DNA of 64,000 nucleotides, taken from assembly GCF_004010195.1 (NCBI RefSeq), contig NC_057721.1:34905166-34969165 (forward strand). Direction: 5' to 3'. The translations under genes were made by a program, and so were the position numbers. This document shows positions 27,806-41,913 of the stretch, one piece after another. This DNA is from Chiloscyllium plagiosum (taxonomy: Eukaryota). Below the pieces are notes generated by a model. It was given only the letters and a program-made list of their open reading frames with translations. It did no database searches and was not told the DNA's origin. Position 1 is the stretch's first letter. Each line of letters begins with the position of its first letter.

Positions 27806-28249
27806 TCCCAATCCCTCTACTCAAAGGACTGAGCAATGAAAGCAAGCATTCTAAATGGCTTCAAAGTCCATTTAGGGCAGGCCATAAACATCCTGAAGGT
27901 GAGATTCAGTTGCCTCTACTGAATGGCACAATGTAGTAAAGAGGGCCTCTTATCATAGTTATTTGCTGCCAGACAATGAAGAGAAAATGTCTTGGGACAG
28001 GATTAGACAGAGGAATGAGAGCACTGTTCCCTCTAAGGTGCAGCGGAGTTGTGTCCAACAAGCCAGAGGGGCACACAAAAACCTTACAATCACTGGTTTC
28101 CAAAGGGATGGAGATGTATAGACATATTTCTTTGAATGTCCGGTTTATTATGGATTAGTTGACTGAGAAACCACTATGTATAAGTTTCAGCATAACTCAT
28201 CAACTGAAAAGGGTTTCATTTCACACCATTGTTTGGAATAAAGGAAACA

Positions 28250-29870
28250 TTTTTATTTTCTATTTGCTTGTGATGTGAGAAGGTTCCAAGGCAGGAAGTC
28301 TTGCTGAGAAAACTTTAGGCTTTGTCCTAACTGTATGCACCTGTTGTTGCAGCTTGCTTGAACAGGGGCTGATGGAAGGTTGCACTGTCCTGGGCCAGCC
28401 CTCAATAAAGGGAAGGCAGGAATGGGCATGCTCACCCTGCACAGGGTTCCCCTGTGGCATCTACTTCTGTGGCATCCTACCTGACATCAGTAGTCACAGT
28501 CTTCATCCTGTCTCCTTGCAGCCCTTTACACTCTTAGGGTCAAACAATGTAACTCTGCAGTGCCTATGGGAATGAGCTTGCAGTACTATGAGTTCTTGGC
28601 TTGCCTGAGTAATGCTGAGAGACACTACTCAGATGTGCACTTCAAACCTCAAGTGTTAAAGATGTCCTGCTAATGGAAACCAAAGTACAAACATTTCATA
28701 AATAACCATGTCCTCAAAACAGCATTGATTTTCCTTTGCCTCCCACTCTCTAGATTTAACCTTGATGCCTAGAGCAGAGACAGAGGGAGCCGAGTAGCTG
28801 GTATTCCCCAGTGACAGTGCAGCCTTTGGTGAGTTTCTGCAGGAGGCTCATGCCTAGAGGGCCCTTTGTAGAGTCTCCTGCACAGATGCAAATGCACCCT
28901 CTTTGACCTAATCTGCTGCAGCCAATGAAGTCACTTGGAGATTGAGGTAAATGACTGGGGGTCCTCAGGAGTGTCCTGAAAGTGAGCCTCTAGGATATCT
29001 GCCTGTTGCTGCCACTCCTTGTAGCTGTCTACTGATATCAAGCTATCTCTTCGAGAGGAAGGAGTACCCTGTGTGAGGTTGAGATTACCTTCTCGCCTTG
29101 CCATTAACACTGAGAATGCATCACTTACGTAATGGAGTTATAGATGGCAGCCACGGAGTGTTCTGCTGTACCTGGGTCTCTGTGGGAGCAGCCAAGCCTC
29201 ACATACTGGAGTCACATAGTAGAACAAAGTTCAATAAATGCCACCATTATCCATACACTACACTAAGCGGCTGTGGCTTATCTGTTTGTTTCCCCCTGCC
29301 TCTGTCTGCAGCTTGACCTTATGGCTAAATACAGAGATATATCTTGTGCACAGGGCTCAGCAGCTGCCTTGTCACCGGCAATCTTCTGACTGTCAACAAC
29401 CTGGGGAGGGTTCTCCCTCCAGTGGCTGCAGGCACATGTCACTGGTATGTTCACCAAATTGTGTCACCACATCTAATCTACCTAAGATACCTACTGATGT
29501 GACTGTGTCCGTGTAGCTGAGTACCATGGTGATACCTCCTCTAAGGTTTCAAAGTTATCATCCCTCAGTGGTGGTAGCACTGCTGGGCATCTGCTGTGCC
29601 TGTTTCTGTTTTGCTGTCTGTTATTGATTGCTTGTGCCTGTGGAAGAGAAGAGGGACAATTAGTCGAAGAAGGTTTAGACTGCATGATATAAGCTGAATG
29701 TGTGAGACAGTTAGCATACCTGAAAAAAAAAGGTCTGATGTTCCTTCCTGCCATGCCAATCTAATCATCTGCTCAGGATTGATCTAGGTCCTCACTCACC
29801 CGTGGATCATCCCATCATCAATGTGGAGCTTCGTAAAGCCTCTGCCAGTCTTGGCGCCGCCCTTCTTAAT
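28250..29870 (-). mobile_element. Possible decayed Harbinger remnant (Myb/SANT-like and transposase-end fragments)
   Basis: Short peptides RAAPRL and RLAWQE resemble Harbinger Myb-like ORF starts; weak. Confidence 0.25.
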
Positions 29871-30069
29871 GTGTACCAGCTTGTTCTGTAATAAGAGAAA
29901 GAGAAGGGGTGTGTGTGATGGAGTGTCTGTGTGAACGCTGGACAAACATGCCTAGCCTTGACTGGTGCTAATCCCTCTCCAGTACAATGCCCAGGAAGTA
30001 TCAGAAATTGGAAACATAAGGCAGCAATGAGTTCTTCAGCACTCATCATTAAACGTCAGAACTTCAACA

Positions 30070-31045
30070 AGGAATTAGAATGGCTAAAAAGGGTCATGTA
30101 AAGTCATTAGCAACAGAATGAAGAGAATCCAAAGCTCTTTATGCATACATATAGCAAGAGGGCAATCAGGGAAAGGGTTGGTCCACTCAAGGACAAAGGA
30201 GGGAATCTGTGTGTGGAGCCAGTAGAGGTGGGTGAGGTCCTAAATGAATACTTTGTGTTGGAGTTCACCAAAGAGGAGGAATTGGTGGAAGATAATCTCA
30301 AGGAATGGAGTGGTGAATTTCTAAGCCAGGTTGCTAGTAAAAAGGAAGCGGTGTTGAGCATGTTAAAAAGAATTAGGATAGATAAATCCCCAGGTCCAGA
30401 TGGGATATATCCCAGAATATTGTGGGAGGCAACAGAATAAATTGTTGGAGCAACATCTTTGTATCCTCTTTGTCCTCAGATGAGCTCCCAGAGGACTGGA
30501 GAATTGCCAATGTAATCCCATTGTTTGAGAACGGTAGCAGGAATAATCCAGAGGTTTGTGAGTCTCATGTCAGTGGTAGGGAAATTATTGGAAAAGATTC
30601 TCAGGGACGTGATCTATATGCATTTACAAGGAATTGGACCTATTAGCGATAAACAGTATGGTTTTGTGCAGGGGTGTTATGCCTCACCAACTTGATCAAG
30701 ATTTTTGAGATGGTGATGAAGATGATTGATAAGTAAAACTGGTTGATGTTGTCTACATGGGCTTCAGTAAAGCCTTTGATGAGGTCCCTCATGGCAGACT
30801 GATATGAAAGGTGAAGCCTCATGGTATCGGGGTGCGCTGAGCAAGATGGATACAGAACTGGCTTAGTCATAGACACAGAGGGTAATGGTGGAAGGATGCT
30901 TTTTGGAATGTAGAGTTGTTCCACAAGGATCAGTGCTGGGTCCTCTGCTGTTTGTGATCTACATAAATCTAGTAAGTTTGCAGAAAATACAAAGATTGGT
31001 GGAGTTACAGATAGTGCGGAAGATTGTCAGAGGATATAGCAGGAC
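30070..31045 (+). mobile_element. Internal CR1 ORF2 fragment
   Basis: [49 protein letters not shown]. Confidence 0.9.
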
Positions 31046-34000
31046 AGTTGATGTTTCAGGTATGATCCCTTCATCAGGACCTATGTTTACCTGATGTTTT
31101 ATGTAAATCTGAACATTAATGCACACTTATTGGATAAACTTCCTCTTGAAATAAATAGAAGTAACTGTTTTCTGATTGTTGATAACAAGACCAAATAGTG
31201 CTCCCATATTAAATTTTTCAGATAGCCAAACTATGAGTTAATTACCTTGTGGCTAAATAACTCCCCATTAGTCCCAGATTGGTCTTTTACCAGTTTGACT
31301 TATGTCCACTTATCTCACTACTGCAGTCTCCTTGAAGCGTACTAACTTATTATTTACTATTTACTATGAAATATACTACATTTGACAGCTATTGACCTCG
31401 AACTTCAGATAGGCATCAGACCTGTTTTGATAACTGCCAATTGTAGGAAAATCTCCCTGCTTAGGTGCCAGTGTTTTCTGTGGTCACAATTCCTAAGCTG
31501 ACTGCTTCCTGAAGTGTCCATCTCTGCATGTTAGCTACTCCTCAACACAGCACAGGAGAACTGAAGCCACACCCTTCCCTCCCTGATGCCAGGAAACTGG
31601 AAATGTCCATTAAGGGCAGCAGTGGACAACAATTGAACCGCAAGGTAAGTTGCATGAAATTTGTGTAGCACATTTTCAGACATTACGTAGCCTTTGCTTT
31701 CTTGGTTCTTTTAAATATTTAATGATATTTTTATTGATTCATTGTAAATGTAATCTTTGTTGTTTGATTTATTCATTTAATAATTTTGTAATTTAATAAT
31801 TCACAGTGTGGTTCATTTTTTTTAATTTCCCCTTCAATATTCATTTGAATGAGTGCGTGGGATTGACAGATGTAAATGGGTAAGAGGGTAGAAAGGCTGA
31901 GGTAAGGGGATAGGGTGACAGTGGGATAGGATTGCACCTGGATACATAGACGTGTCAGTAAGGTAGTGATGGGTAGGTTATTAGGTTGATAGGGAATCAG
32001 TTGGATAGGCTGATAATTACAAGGGTGGCAGGTTGGTATCTGAGTAGGGTGGCAAGGGAAGCAGAGGATAAGTGGCAGGTGGATGAGCAAATAGATTGGC
32101 AGGTGATTGAGGCATAGGCTGAGTCAGGCAATAGTTGGATTAGATCATGGGAAGAGTCAGGTGGTGAGTTAGTGGCTGTTTGGATCACGGGGAGCCATGG
32201 ATTCAGCTCAGGGAGGTCAGGGAGTTTTTAGCTGGTTGGGGAAAATTTAGTGGTTAGTTTGGGTTAGGACAGATGTTTATCAGCGGGGTGTCAGGGAAAA
32301 AATGGTGCAGGCAAACATGGGTTGTTGAGAGTGTCAGGGCTGGGTCACAGGGGAGGATCAGTTCCATAGTTACTCAGGAGTTGGAGTTGGTCTTAAGCTC
32401 TCTAATCTTTCCTGGGTGACTATTCAAGTAAGTCAGAACCATCTAAAGTCTCCCACTTTATCTCAGAATTAAATGTGGATCAAGAGAGAAAACAGTTCCT
32501 CCTGTATTATGACCACATGGGAAGGCCTGAACTAACTTTCTTCTTTTTAATCTTCTTGGTCACTTGCAACAAAAGGTTGAATAATGATGGTTTGTGACCA
32601 AAGCCTTCTGCAATCACGGCAGTTCACTAGTTTGTACTATTTCCATAAGGAGCCATTCACAAGTTTCTCTTGAGTAAAAGAAAATTCTGTCACCAGCTAA
32701 CCCCAAGAAAAATAAAATTGTTTAAATAGCAGCTTGATTGTGTATACCAGTTGCCAAGCTCATCATATTAAATTTTGATAATTGTAGGTGATGTTGGATC
32801 TTCAACATGTGAATATTCTTATAATGGTATCAATCAAAGAGGAGGCGAGAAACTTTAGACATCTCCCAATGGTGGAGGGCAGTGGGGGAGTGAGGGGGTT
32901 TTGCTGACTGGTCTTATTGCCTTTGTAGAAATGTTAGTTTCAGTTCAGATGGTTTTTGACCTAATTCACATCGGTTTCATGAAACCTGTTCAAACTGTGT
33001 GGATCAAATGTTACCTGTGGCCATTTTAAGTCAATGTTTTTGGTCCCTTTTTAAAATCATTCCATAAAGCTTCCAGTCATTAAATTGGAATTCAAACATC
33101 AACAGTTTGAATATAGTTGTGTTACATGATACATCACTAAAATTGTTTCTGTCTGCATCTCTGCTCATTAAGAAACAACCTGCAACCATATCAATGCACA
33201 TGTCAATATACTTCTGATTTACTAACACTTTTGTACCAAAATCTCTGCTACTAGAATGATTTTAGTGCCATAAATACTGTACAACCCAAACTCATCTTCA
33301 CTTTACCATGATGGTTCACATCAAGATTGTGAACTCCACCCTTGTAATGTTGCTGGGTTTTTTTTTAATCGCCATTGGAAGGATTTCTTTCTCCTGTTTT
33401 GCCCTTCACTCAGTATGTGATTTATAGATTTCTTTTGCTAGATGATGGTTTAAAGTACTGGGCTATATTAGAGGCTGTTGGTGCAATGCTAAGATATGAC
33501 ACATGATACATTGTTCATTAACTTTGAGCACTCACCAGATGTCATTAACCTTCTTTCAGTACTGCAGTCCTGCACCCAATTTAGTAAGTTTCCAAGTTAG
33601 CCCCAACAGAATTTTAACTATTGTGGATAATGGAGTCAAATGATAAAAGAATTAAAGAGCATGCAATTCACATGGATACAAGTGGTCAAAGAAGGAATTT
33701 TTACATTATAGTCTCAGGCAGGCTTTGCTTAGCCTGTGCACTCTTCTACCATCCAACATCCACCTCTCTTGAGCCAGTGCCTGGAGCGTGGTCGAAGAAA
33801 AGACATAGTGACATGACAACAATACCAGGGATATAGAAATCAAAAGGACGAAAGCAAACATTTCAGAGAAACAAAACAATTTCCAGTGGTTAGAATAGTT
33901 TTGAGGTGGAAGGAGAGCATGTTCTGTTCGACCAATACAAACAATTTCTCAAAATCACCAAGAATACAGAATTTACTTCTATAAACAAATAGCTAATGCC

Positions 34001-34083
34001 CCCCATTCAAAATCCTCCTCCACTCAAAATCCACCTCCACTCAACCTGGAATAATGTATGGATCCCTTTCAGTTCTGGTAATT

Positions 34084-34410
34084 CAGTGATTAGCACTGCT
34101 GTCTCACAGTACCAAGGAAAAATTTGATTCCAGCTTTGGGTAACTGTATAGAGTTTGGACATTCTACCCGTGTCTGTGTGGGTTTCATCCACGTGCTCCA
34201 GTTTCCACCCACAGTCCAAAGATGTGCAGGTTAGGATTGGCCATACTAAATTTACCATAGTATCTTGGAATGAGCAGGCTCGATGGATTAGTCATGGGAA
34301 ATGCAAGGTTACAGGAATAGAGTAGTGAGGTCAGTCTGGGTGGGATGCTCTTCAGAGGGTCAGTGTGGACTTGATGGGCTAACTGGCCTGATTCAACACT
34401 GTATGGATTC
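34084..34410 (+). mobile_element. HE1-like SINE, diverged
   Basis: cagtgattagcactgctgtctcacag head, conserved core and tail. Confidence 0.82.
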
Positions 34411-35332
34411 AATAATTCTAAGGTGAGACTCACCACTGAAGAACTCATGTTTCTCCTTACAAACTCATCTTGAACAGCCCTCAGTTAGGTGTAGAGATCA
34501 AGAAACTTTCTATTTTGTATTTCCACACGCCATTAACCTCAATGTGTTCCAGAATCAGACATTTATTGATTGTGACTCACTGTGTGTTTCCCTTTCTAAA
34601 TTTCTAAATCCCTCTAGTGTGTGAATTTATGCCCTGCTATCAGTTTCAAGTCATACTGGTAACACTGAATGTGGTGGTGAGAATTTTTATAAGATCAACT
34701 ACTTGCTACTCCAGAGATGCAGGTATACCTCTGGAAAAAAATACAATTGCATCCAATGAGGACTTGTCACCACATACATTGCACGCAGCTATCCTTTTTG
34801 GCATATTGCTGGTATTTCTCTGCTCCCATAGAAACGCATTTGCTCAATAAATGTATTTAGTTATGAGGTTCAAGTGGAAAGCATAAATATCTTTTAGGAT
34901 TGGAATCATCATGAAGAAAAAGTCTTCCCACCCCATGACTTCTGTAATTACAACCTCTAGGCTGGTAAAGGGGTGTTATGTATTTTACTCCATCAACAAT
35001 TTGATCTCCATGCTTTCTGTTGAATGCAGACTTCAGGTAAGCTTTTTTTCTTTTTTTTTAATGAGGTGACATCACTGGCAAAGAAGATTGAACATCTTAA
35101 TTTTCCTTAAACTGAGTGGTTTGCTACACTATTTCAGATACACAAGCAGGAGGCTGGCAAAACACAGCAAGCCAGGCAACATCAGAACAGCAGTTATGAA
35201 TCAACGATATTGTAGTGGAGCTGGAGTCACATGTAGGCCAGACGATTTTCTTTCCTCCGAGCTATGATCAGTTTATTGTTACCATTACTGAGACTAGCTT
35301 TCAGTTCCAGATATGTAATAATTGACTATAAC

Positions 35333-35800
35333 TTTGATTTGATTTGTTATTGTCATATGTATCTAGGTACAGTGAAAGGTTTATTTTCCATGGAGTACAG
35401 GCAGATCATACCATACAAAGTGCATAAGGGTAATAGAACAGAACAAGGGATACAATGTTACAGCTGCAGGGAAGGTGCACACACAGCGAGATCAACATTA
35501 CATTTGAAATTTGAGAGATCCATTCAGAAGTCTGATAACAGCATGGCAGAAGCTGTATTTGAATCTGTTGACCTTTGTGCTATAAGCTTTTATATCTTCT
35601 GCAGAACAGAAAAGGTTGGAAGAGATTATAACCGGGGTGGGAGGGGTCTTTGATTATGTAGGCTGCCTTTCCCAGACAGTGAGAAGTATAGACAAAATCA
35701 GTGGATGTAAGGTTGGCTTACGTGATGGGCTGGGCTATGTTAACAACTCTCTGCAGTTCTCTTACAGTCCTGGGCAGACCACTTACCATACTAAGCCATG
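35333..35800 (-). mobile_element. LINE 3' end with short (AAATC)n tail, probably Rex1/L2-like
   Basis: Its terminus resembles the reverse complement of the 11730-12189 3' end. Confidence 0.5.
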
Positions 35801-36344
35801 ATGCATCCACACCTTCACCAGCTACTAAGATGGGATTTGGTTCCATATCCTCAAAGCATTTACCTGGGTCTCTAGATGACTAGGTTAGTGATATTACCAC
35901 TATTGGATCATCTCCCCCTCACCAGGTGTTGTTATCTGAAAAATTAGATATTTTTGAATTTCTGCATTTTCAAGTTCATCTTAGGCATTTCATTGAACAG
36001 TGGTAACTGATCTGTAATGTATTTCAACCTCTACAATTGTCATGTTTTGTGTAATATTACACAGAATACACAGGTATGTAAAGAATTCTGGTGAAAGATT
36101 TCCAGCATCTACAAAAGTTTGCTTTTGTAAAATGTAAAGACATCAGTAACTGAATTAAATACACTGACATTGTCAAATTTATCTGTGAACAATGATGGAT
36201 AGAAATCTTTTGGGCAATTATATCTGTTTTTTTTTATATGTGCTCTGGCTTATTTCCCTTTGCAGTTCCATCAGGTGTCCTGAACAATTTGGGCTCATTG
36301 TAATTAAGGTACTGAACAAAATCTGATGAAATATGGAACAATGA

Positions 36345-36682
36345 TAGTAGATGTGTGGGAACACCACCACCTGCAAATTTCCCTCCAGGCAACACACCAA
36401 CCTGAATTGGAACCACCTTGCTATTTTCATGAAAAAATGTTTTTTTTTCTGAATAAAGTATATTTTTGCAATTTAAAAAAAATGCTATTCCTTCACTGTT
36501 ACTGAGTTAAAATTCTGCAACTCCTTCCCCAACAGCACTGTGGCTGTACCTACAAAACATGGATTGCAGCGGTTCAAGAAGTCAAGATAGCTCATCACCA
36601 TCTTCTCAAAAGTAATTAGGAATGGACAATAATTGCAGCCCTAACCAGCAACATTCACATCCTGTCAATTAATTTTAAAAAT
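36345..36682 (+). mobile_element. 3' end of an A-tailed LINE family
   Basis: gggaacaccaccacctgcaa..ggattgcagcggttcaagaa..cacatcc..aaaaa. Related minus-strand pieces near 21170-21350 and 35045-35290. Confidence 0.55.
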
Positions 36683-37299
36683 ACTACCTTGCATATTAAT
36701 TTTAAAGAATTTCTACAGGAAACTCGTTTGTACTTCCTGCTTTCTCCCTTTGTTGTCTCATTTCTGAACGTTTGTCTATAAATTGGTCAGAGGTGTTGCT
36801 GTTTAGTGGTATTACATTACGCAGGGGCCATTGTGAATTAATTATAGTGCAGCCAATGTGGTAACGGTCAAATGAAGTATTTTAACTTACCAGGGGTTTG
36901 TACTGGCTTCACATTGTTAAAGAAACACATCGGTTATGATAATCCTTTTGGGATTTCTCAATTACTCCCAAACTTAGAAATGTGGATTGTTGTGATTTGC
37001 CATGAAGCAGATTTGAAGTTTGGCAGTTACCTAGTAATGTGGAATGGGGGCAGCTTTCCGAGAAAAAAATGGAGCATTACTATGTCGCTGATGCCTTGCG
37101 ACAACTGTTTTTGGCAGAATGTTAAAAATCACACAACACCAGGTTATAGTCCAAAAGGTTTATTTGGAAGCACTAGCTTTCAGAGCACAGCTCCTTCATC
37201 AAGTAGCCTTCATCATTTGGCAGAACCTGAACACTACAACTTCCTTTCCAGAACAGAGCTGTGACAGGACACAGGGACAAAGCGTTACACTCAGCAGCT

Positions 37300-38439
37300 C
37301 AAACCAAATATTTAGCTGACGCATGCATTTAATTCCAATCTTTGTTCATGTAAGTGTCCAGGAGCTGAAAATCTTATTTTGAATCAATTTGATTACGCCC
37401 CATGCGCTGTCAGATACAAGTGGTGTTCGACTTTCTCTTCTAGAGTCTAGTCGGCTTACTAGAAATCTCTTTGCATTTACCAATTATCATCAAATTTGCC
37501 CCCGTTATAAATAATTTCATTCGTCAGTGTGAGTACTTGGAAGTTAATCTACTTGCCCTGAACTTCGATTTTAAAAATGTTTCTAAATTTATCATCCAAT
37601 AACCGTTTCCACCTCCGCTCGAGTTTGTAAATTGAATTCTCAATATTTATACGCGATAACCTTTTACACTTTATGCATGATACGCCAATCATTTGAATTC
37701 GATGTGACTTCAAATCTTTTTAACGAAATAATTGAACACTATTTTCAGCGCGAGAACAGGTCGAGGAATTCCTCTCTCCTGCGGTATTGAACAATAATGT
37801 GGGGGGGGGGGGGGGGAGCGGGGATTGGTGGAACAATTGAGCCATTTCAGTCAATATTCAACTTCCCCACAAAGGCAGATTAGTTGTGATTTCTCAAAGG
37901 CGGAAGGAATCACCCCAAACTGTTCAGGAGTTTCTACTGCATTTGTCAGCAGGGGTCTTCGAATACCTGGCTGGCTGGCGCAATCTACATTCACGCAGGG
38001 GAACGAAAAGCGATTGACTCAAACACGAAATGGTGGAAGATCTCAGTATGTATTACATCAAGTAGCTTTTTTTCAAAAAAAATAAATTGCGGGCTTTATA
38101 TTGGGGTCATAATTTTGAACATTTCTTTAAAGCGATGTATAACACAGAAGCAATAATCCAGTAAATAATATCGCCCTTAAAAAAAAAGTACGAGCTAAAA
38201 ATTGCCATACAATAAACAGCGAGGTAGGTGATTCATTCGCCTTGATTTTCATAGTGGCCAGCAGCCCTGCTCCATTGCCTACTTACAGCTTTTTCTGAGT
38301 GCAGATGGTTTTGACAGTTTGGTTTGGTCGCTCGCCTCTGCTTTTTCCTCCAACCACCACCTGAGCAGAAACGCGAATCGTTTGCAGACACTCGGAGATT
38401 AAGAAAGTTGCAGAGGCTGCAGGGTTCTTTCCCGATGAG
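37300..38439 (+). promoter_or_regulatory. CpG-retaining promoter/5' region of the Ig-domain gene
   Basis: Elevated CpG from ~37300 to ~39500; ACTTCCCC at 37861 and GGCGGAAG at ~37899 (ETS/PU.1-type); G-run at 37801-37817. Confidence 0.55.
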
Positions 38440-38494
38440 ATGAGCTGGACCCGAGGTTCCCTGATGGCTGTGCTCTCCAGCTGCTGGCTGCAAG
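38440..38494 (+). CDS. Ig receptor exon 1, leader MSWTRGSLMAVLSSCWLQ
   Basis: Phase-1 donor AAG|gtacat; 83-nt intron with branch-like ccctaac and ctctttcag acceptor, joining in frame to the Ig exon. Confidence 0.85.
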
Positions 38495-38577
38495 GTACAT
38501 CACGCGAGTACCCCTTGTTTCCACTGAGTCCCACAGGAATGGAGCTGTTCCCTAACCTTGTGCACCATCTCTTTCAG

Positions 38578-38925
38578 CTTTACTACAAACAGCGGCCGCT
38601 GCAGCAATGCCCAGAGTGGTCAAAGGGAGAGTTAATAGCAGCATATTCCTGGAAGTGTCATTCGCCAATATCACTGACCAGGTCGACACGGTAGAGTGGA
38701 AGTATGTGAGCCCCAATACCCGACGCTCTATCGTCCAGTTAATGTCAGAGGAAGAGAAATGGAACACCCATTGGTTCAGCGGCTACTCACAGCGGGCACG
38801 AATCTACCCGAACCATTCCCTCTCCATCCAGAATGTGACTCTGAATGATTCCGGGACATATTCCTGCACAGTGACAGATTGGAATGGAGACGAGTTCACC
38901 GAGGACGTTGTCGTGACCGTGATCG
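38578..38925 (+). CDS. Ig receptor exon 2: leader end plus V-type Ig domain
   Basis: C-strand VEW, RARIYPNHSLSIQNVTLNDSGTYSC, G-strand VVVTVI; phase 1-1; donor G|gtgagt. Confidence 0.92.
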
Positions 38926-41593
38926 GTGAGTGTTGGGTATTCAATATCACAGACATTCATGGAATGAATTGCAATGAATCGTTGTCATTGGGAAACAGGG
39001 TTGTAAGTGGTGGGAGACATTGCGCGCTGCCTGTGCGGGTAGGTTGTGCGGGAACTGGAGGAAAACGCTTTGACATTTTTGATGTGTCTTTGCTTGGTTA
39101 CATTTTCACCTTTAAACAAAACCTAGACAACTCAATAGAGCAGCTAAAATCAGTGTTGTCCCTCATAAAAACTCACTGCTCACATCATTGCTTCCCATTT
39201 CTGTAAGAGCAGTGGTTGGAGACAGGAGACAGAAAAGTTGTGATTCTCCTCCTCCAGTGTTACTGAAAACCCCGTTTACTTGAGTAACTTTGTCCTCGAA
39301 CTGACTTTACCACATAGACTGTCATCTAGAAATATCAATGATTATTAGCCCACTACTTCCACATCACGAATCACTATGAAGTGCATCAATTATTGCTTTA
39401 GACAAACTGAATTGCAGGGACCAAATAATCCTCACTACAACCTTCAAACTCCGTGCAGTCTGCTCGACAGAAATCAGGGAGGATCAAACCATTTTTGTTT
39501 AGGTGCTCCTGCTTTTTATAACCAATCCATCAGGTGTGTCTGAGGACCGCCTTGTACAAGCGCCAAAAGAAACTTACAGGAGTCTACTGCCCTCCAGTTT
39601 AAAAAAAACACATCCAACAAACCCGTAATTTAAAATCCAAATTTAACAAAACAAATGGAGACTCACAAAAAAAAACTATAAAGTTGCGGGATGCTGGAAA
39701 CCTGAACCGAAAACAGAAATTGCTGGAGAAACTCTGGAGGTACATGAAACTCATTATGTGCGAAGACAAAGCAGGACCCAATAAGTTTGCTTGTCTTCAC
39801 AGAGCTACTGAGTTTCACCAGTAATTTCTGGGGTTTTCTTTGTTTAAACTAAAAGGAGTCGTTTACAAGTCGACTATCTCAGGATTGGCTTAGGGCACAG
39901 ATGGAACCGTAAGAGGTGAGTTCTGCCAATGGAAAGAGAAAAGCACAATGCAAACAGCAGAAGGATCACCGGGCTCTGTGTGCACTGCAAACGGGACAAA
40001 GGGTTCTCGAAGGAACAGCAGTTAGTTTGCATTAAGGTTGAAAAGTGTCTGTCATTGAAGCAAGTGATTAGCGTGAGTCCTTTGAATGTGAATGAGTCAT
40101 TTCACCTCCACCCCCATGTCTGGCTTTCTGAGGGTCGGTACTCTCATAGGCGAAAATTCTCATTGACGCCTCTGAGTTATAATGCTGAACTCTTTTTTTC
40201 TTGTTGTATCTCTTTTCCCCATCCCACCCCACCCCACCACACGTCTCCTCTTCCTTAAATGTCATCAAACTGCGGTCATTGTTTAGCGTGTGGGCCACAA
40301 AGGAACCAGTATCGCTGAAAGTCTTGGTGTTCAGCTTTTGTGTCGCCCTAGTGGTCTGGCAGTTATGTAAATTGGAAAATCCCAAGCATTTTCTTAAAGG
40401 TTACAGAGAGTGTTTTAAATCCTGTGAAGGTTATGGTTTTCGGATTGCGCAATCGAAAGACCACTTGAAACTTGATAGGAATGGAGATATTTTGCAGTTT
40501 GCTGGAGACGGAGTTGAGTAATTCAAGTGGCTATCTCTCCACATTCACCTCCCTCAACCCCCTACCCCGCCACTCCCCAGACACAATCACTTTGCCTTAA
40601 CGAAAGACGGAGCAAACTGGCGGGGAGTCTGAACCACTAATCTGCAGGCGTAATGGATGCATCAGGTACACATTCGTTACAATTTGGACAAATATCAATG
40701 ACAAAGGGCACCACAGGGAAACTGTATGAATGGCTGCACAGACTGAAATAGAAAGCAAAGGAAGATGCATTGATCAAAATGTCCAACAGGTTTTCCTCTG
40801 TTTTGTACCACTCTGCCTATCGTCAATTGGCCACTGTTTGAGAATTTGAATTCAGTTTAAATTAAAAGCGGGCTGTATGTAAATCTGCTGAATTGTTTAA
40901 GACAACTCACCTACTAAAGTTACACCCTTTGGGAAGGAAAGCTGACATCCTGACCAGGTGAGCCCCATGCCAATGTGCTGCCTCTTAACTGGTTAATTAT
41001 TAACAGACGGTACTTAGTTTTATATGTGTGCCGCAAACGTCAACTGATGTACCATCACTATCTCCACACAACGAGGAATGGGGACTACTATGTACCAGAG
41101 ACATTAAACAAAACTAATTGTGACCTTAGCTGAAGCGAGGAATTGTGTACAGAACATGCCTAGATGTGGATCTTTGGTTCTCTTCCCATCCATCTGGAGA
41201 GCAACCATATCAAAGTCAATACATTCTCTATCACCTTTCTAATTTGTGGAAGGGAACATGCTGCCAAGTTCACAAACAGGAGTTGTTGTACTCAGAATGT
41301 TAATCTGTTACCTCTCATCTGTTTCTTTCTCCACAGAAACTACAGAATTGCTGAGTTACTCCGGTCCATTATATTTTTATTTCAAATTTCCAGAATCTGC
41401 AATATTTTGGGTTTTTTATCAGAAACAGAACTTATGATTTCAAGAATTCTTTATGCTTGCATTATTACTGTATTCTGTTGTGTACATCTTTCTCTCTTTA
41501 AAATTATTTTGCTTCTCAGATTTAGTGAGGGGCTAGCCTTTCAAATAGGCCTTCCCAGTGTTCTGCATTATTAAATCCAGCAAGATTCATTGT

Positions 41594-41913
41594 CATAGAG
41601 TCCCTACAATGTGGAAACAGGCCCTTCAGCCCAACAAGTCCACACTGACCCACCGAAGAGTATCCCACCCAAACTCATTCCCCATTACTCTACATTTACC
41701 CCTGACCAATGCACTTAACCTACACATCCCTGAACACTATGGGCAATTTATCATGGCCAATTCACCTAACCTGCACATCTTTGGACTGTGGGAGGAAACT
41801 GGAGCACCTGGATGAAATCCACGCAGACACGGGGAGAATGTGCAAACTCCACACAGACAGTCGCCCGAGACTGCAATTGAACCCAGGTCCTTGGTGCTGT
41901 GAGCCACCATGCT
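41594..41913 (-). mobile_element. HE1-like SINE (intron 2)
   Basis: Core and tail match the other copies. Confidence 0.85.

Noticed and set aside
38926-39206. C-terminal part of the 199-aa ORF 38607-39206
   Set aside because: Read-through into intron 2 past a consensus gtgagt donor at the end of the Ig G strand.
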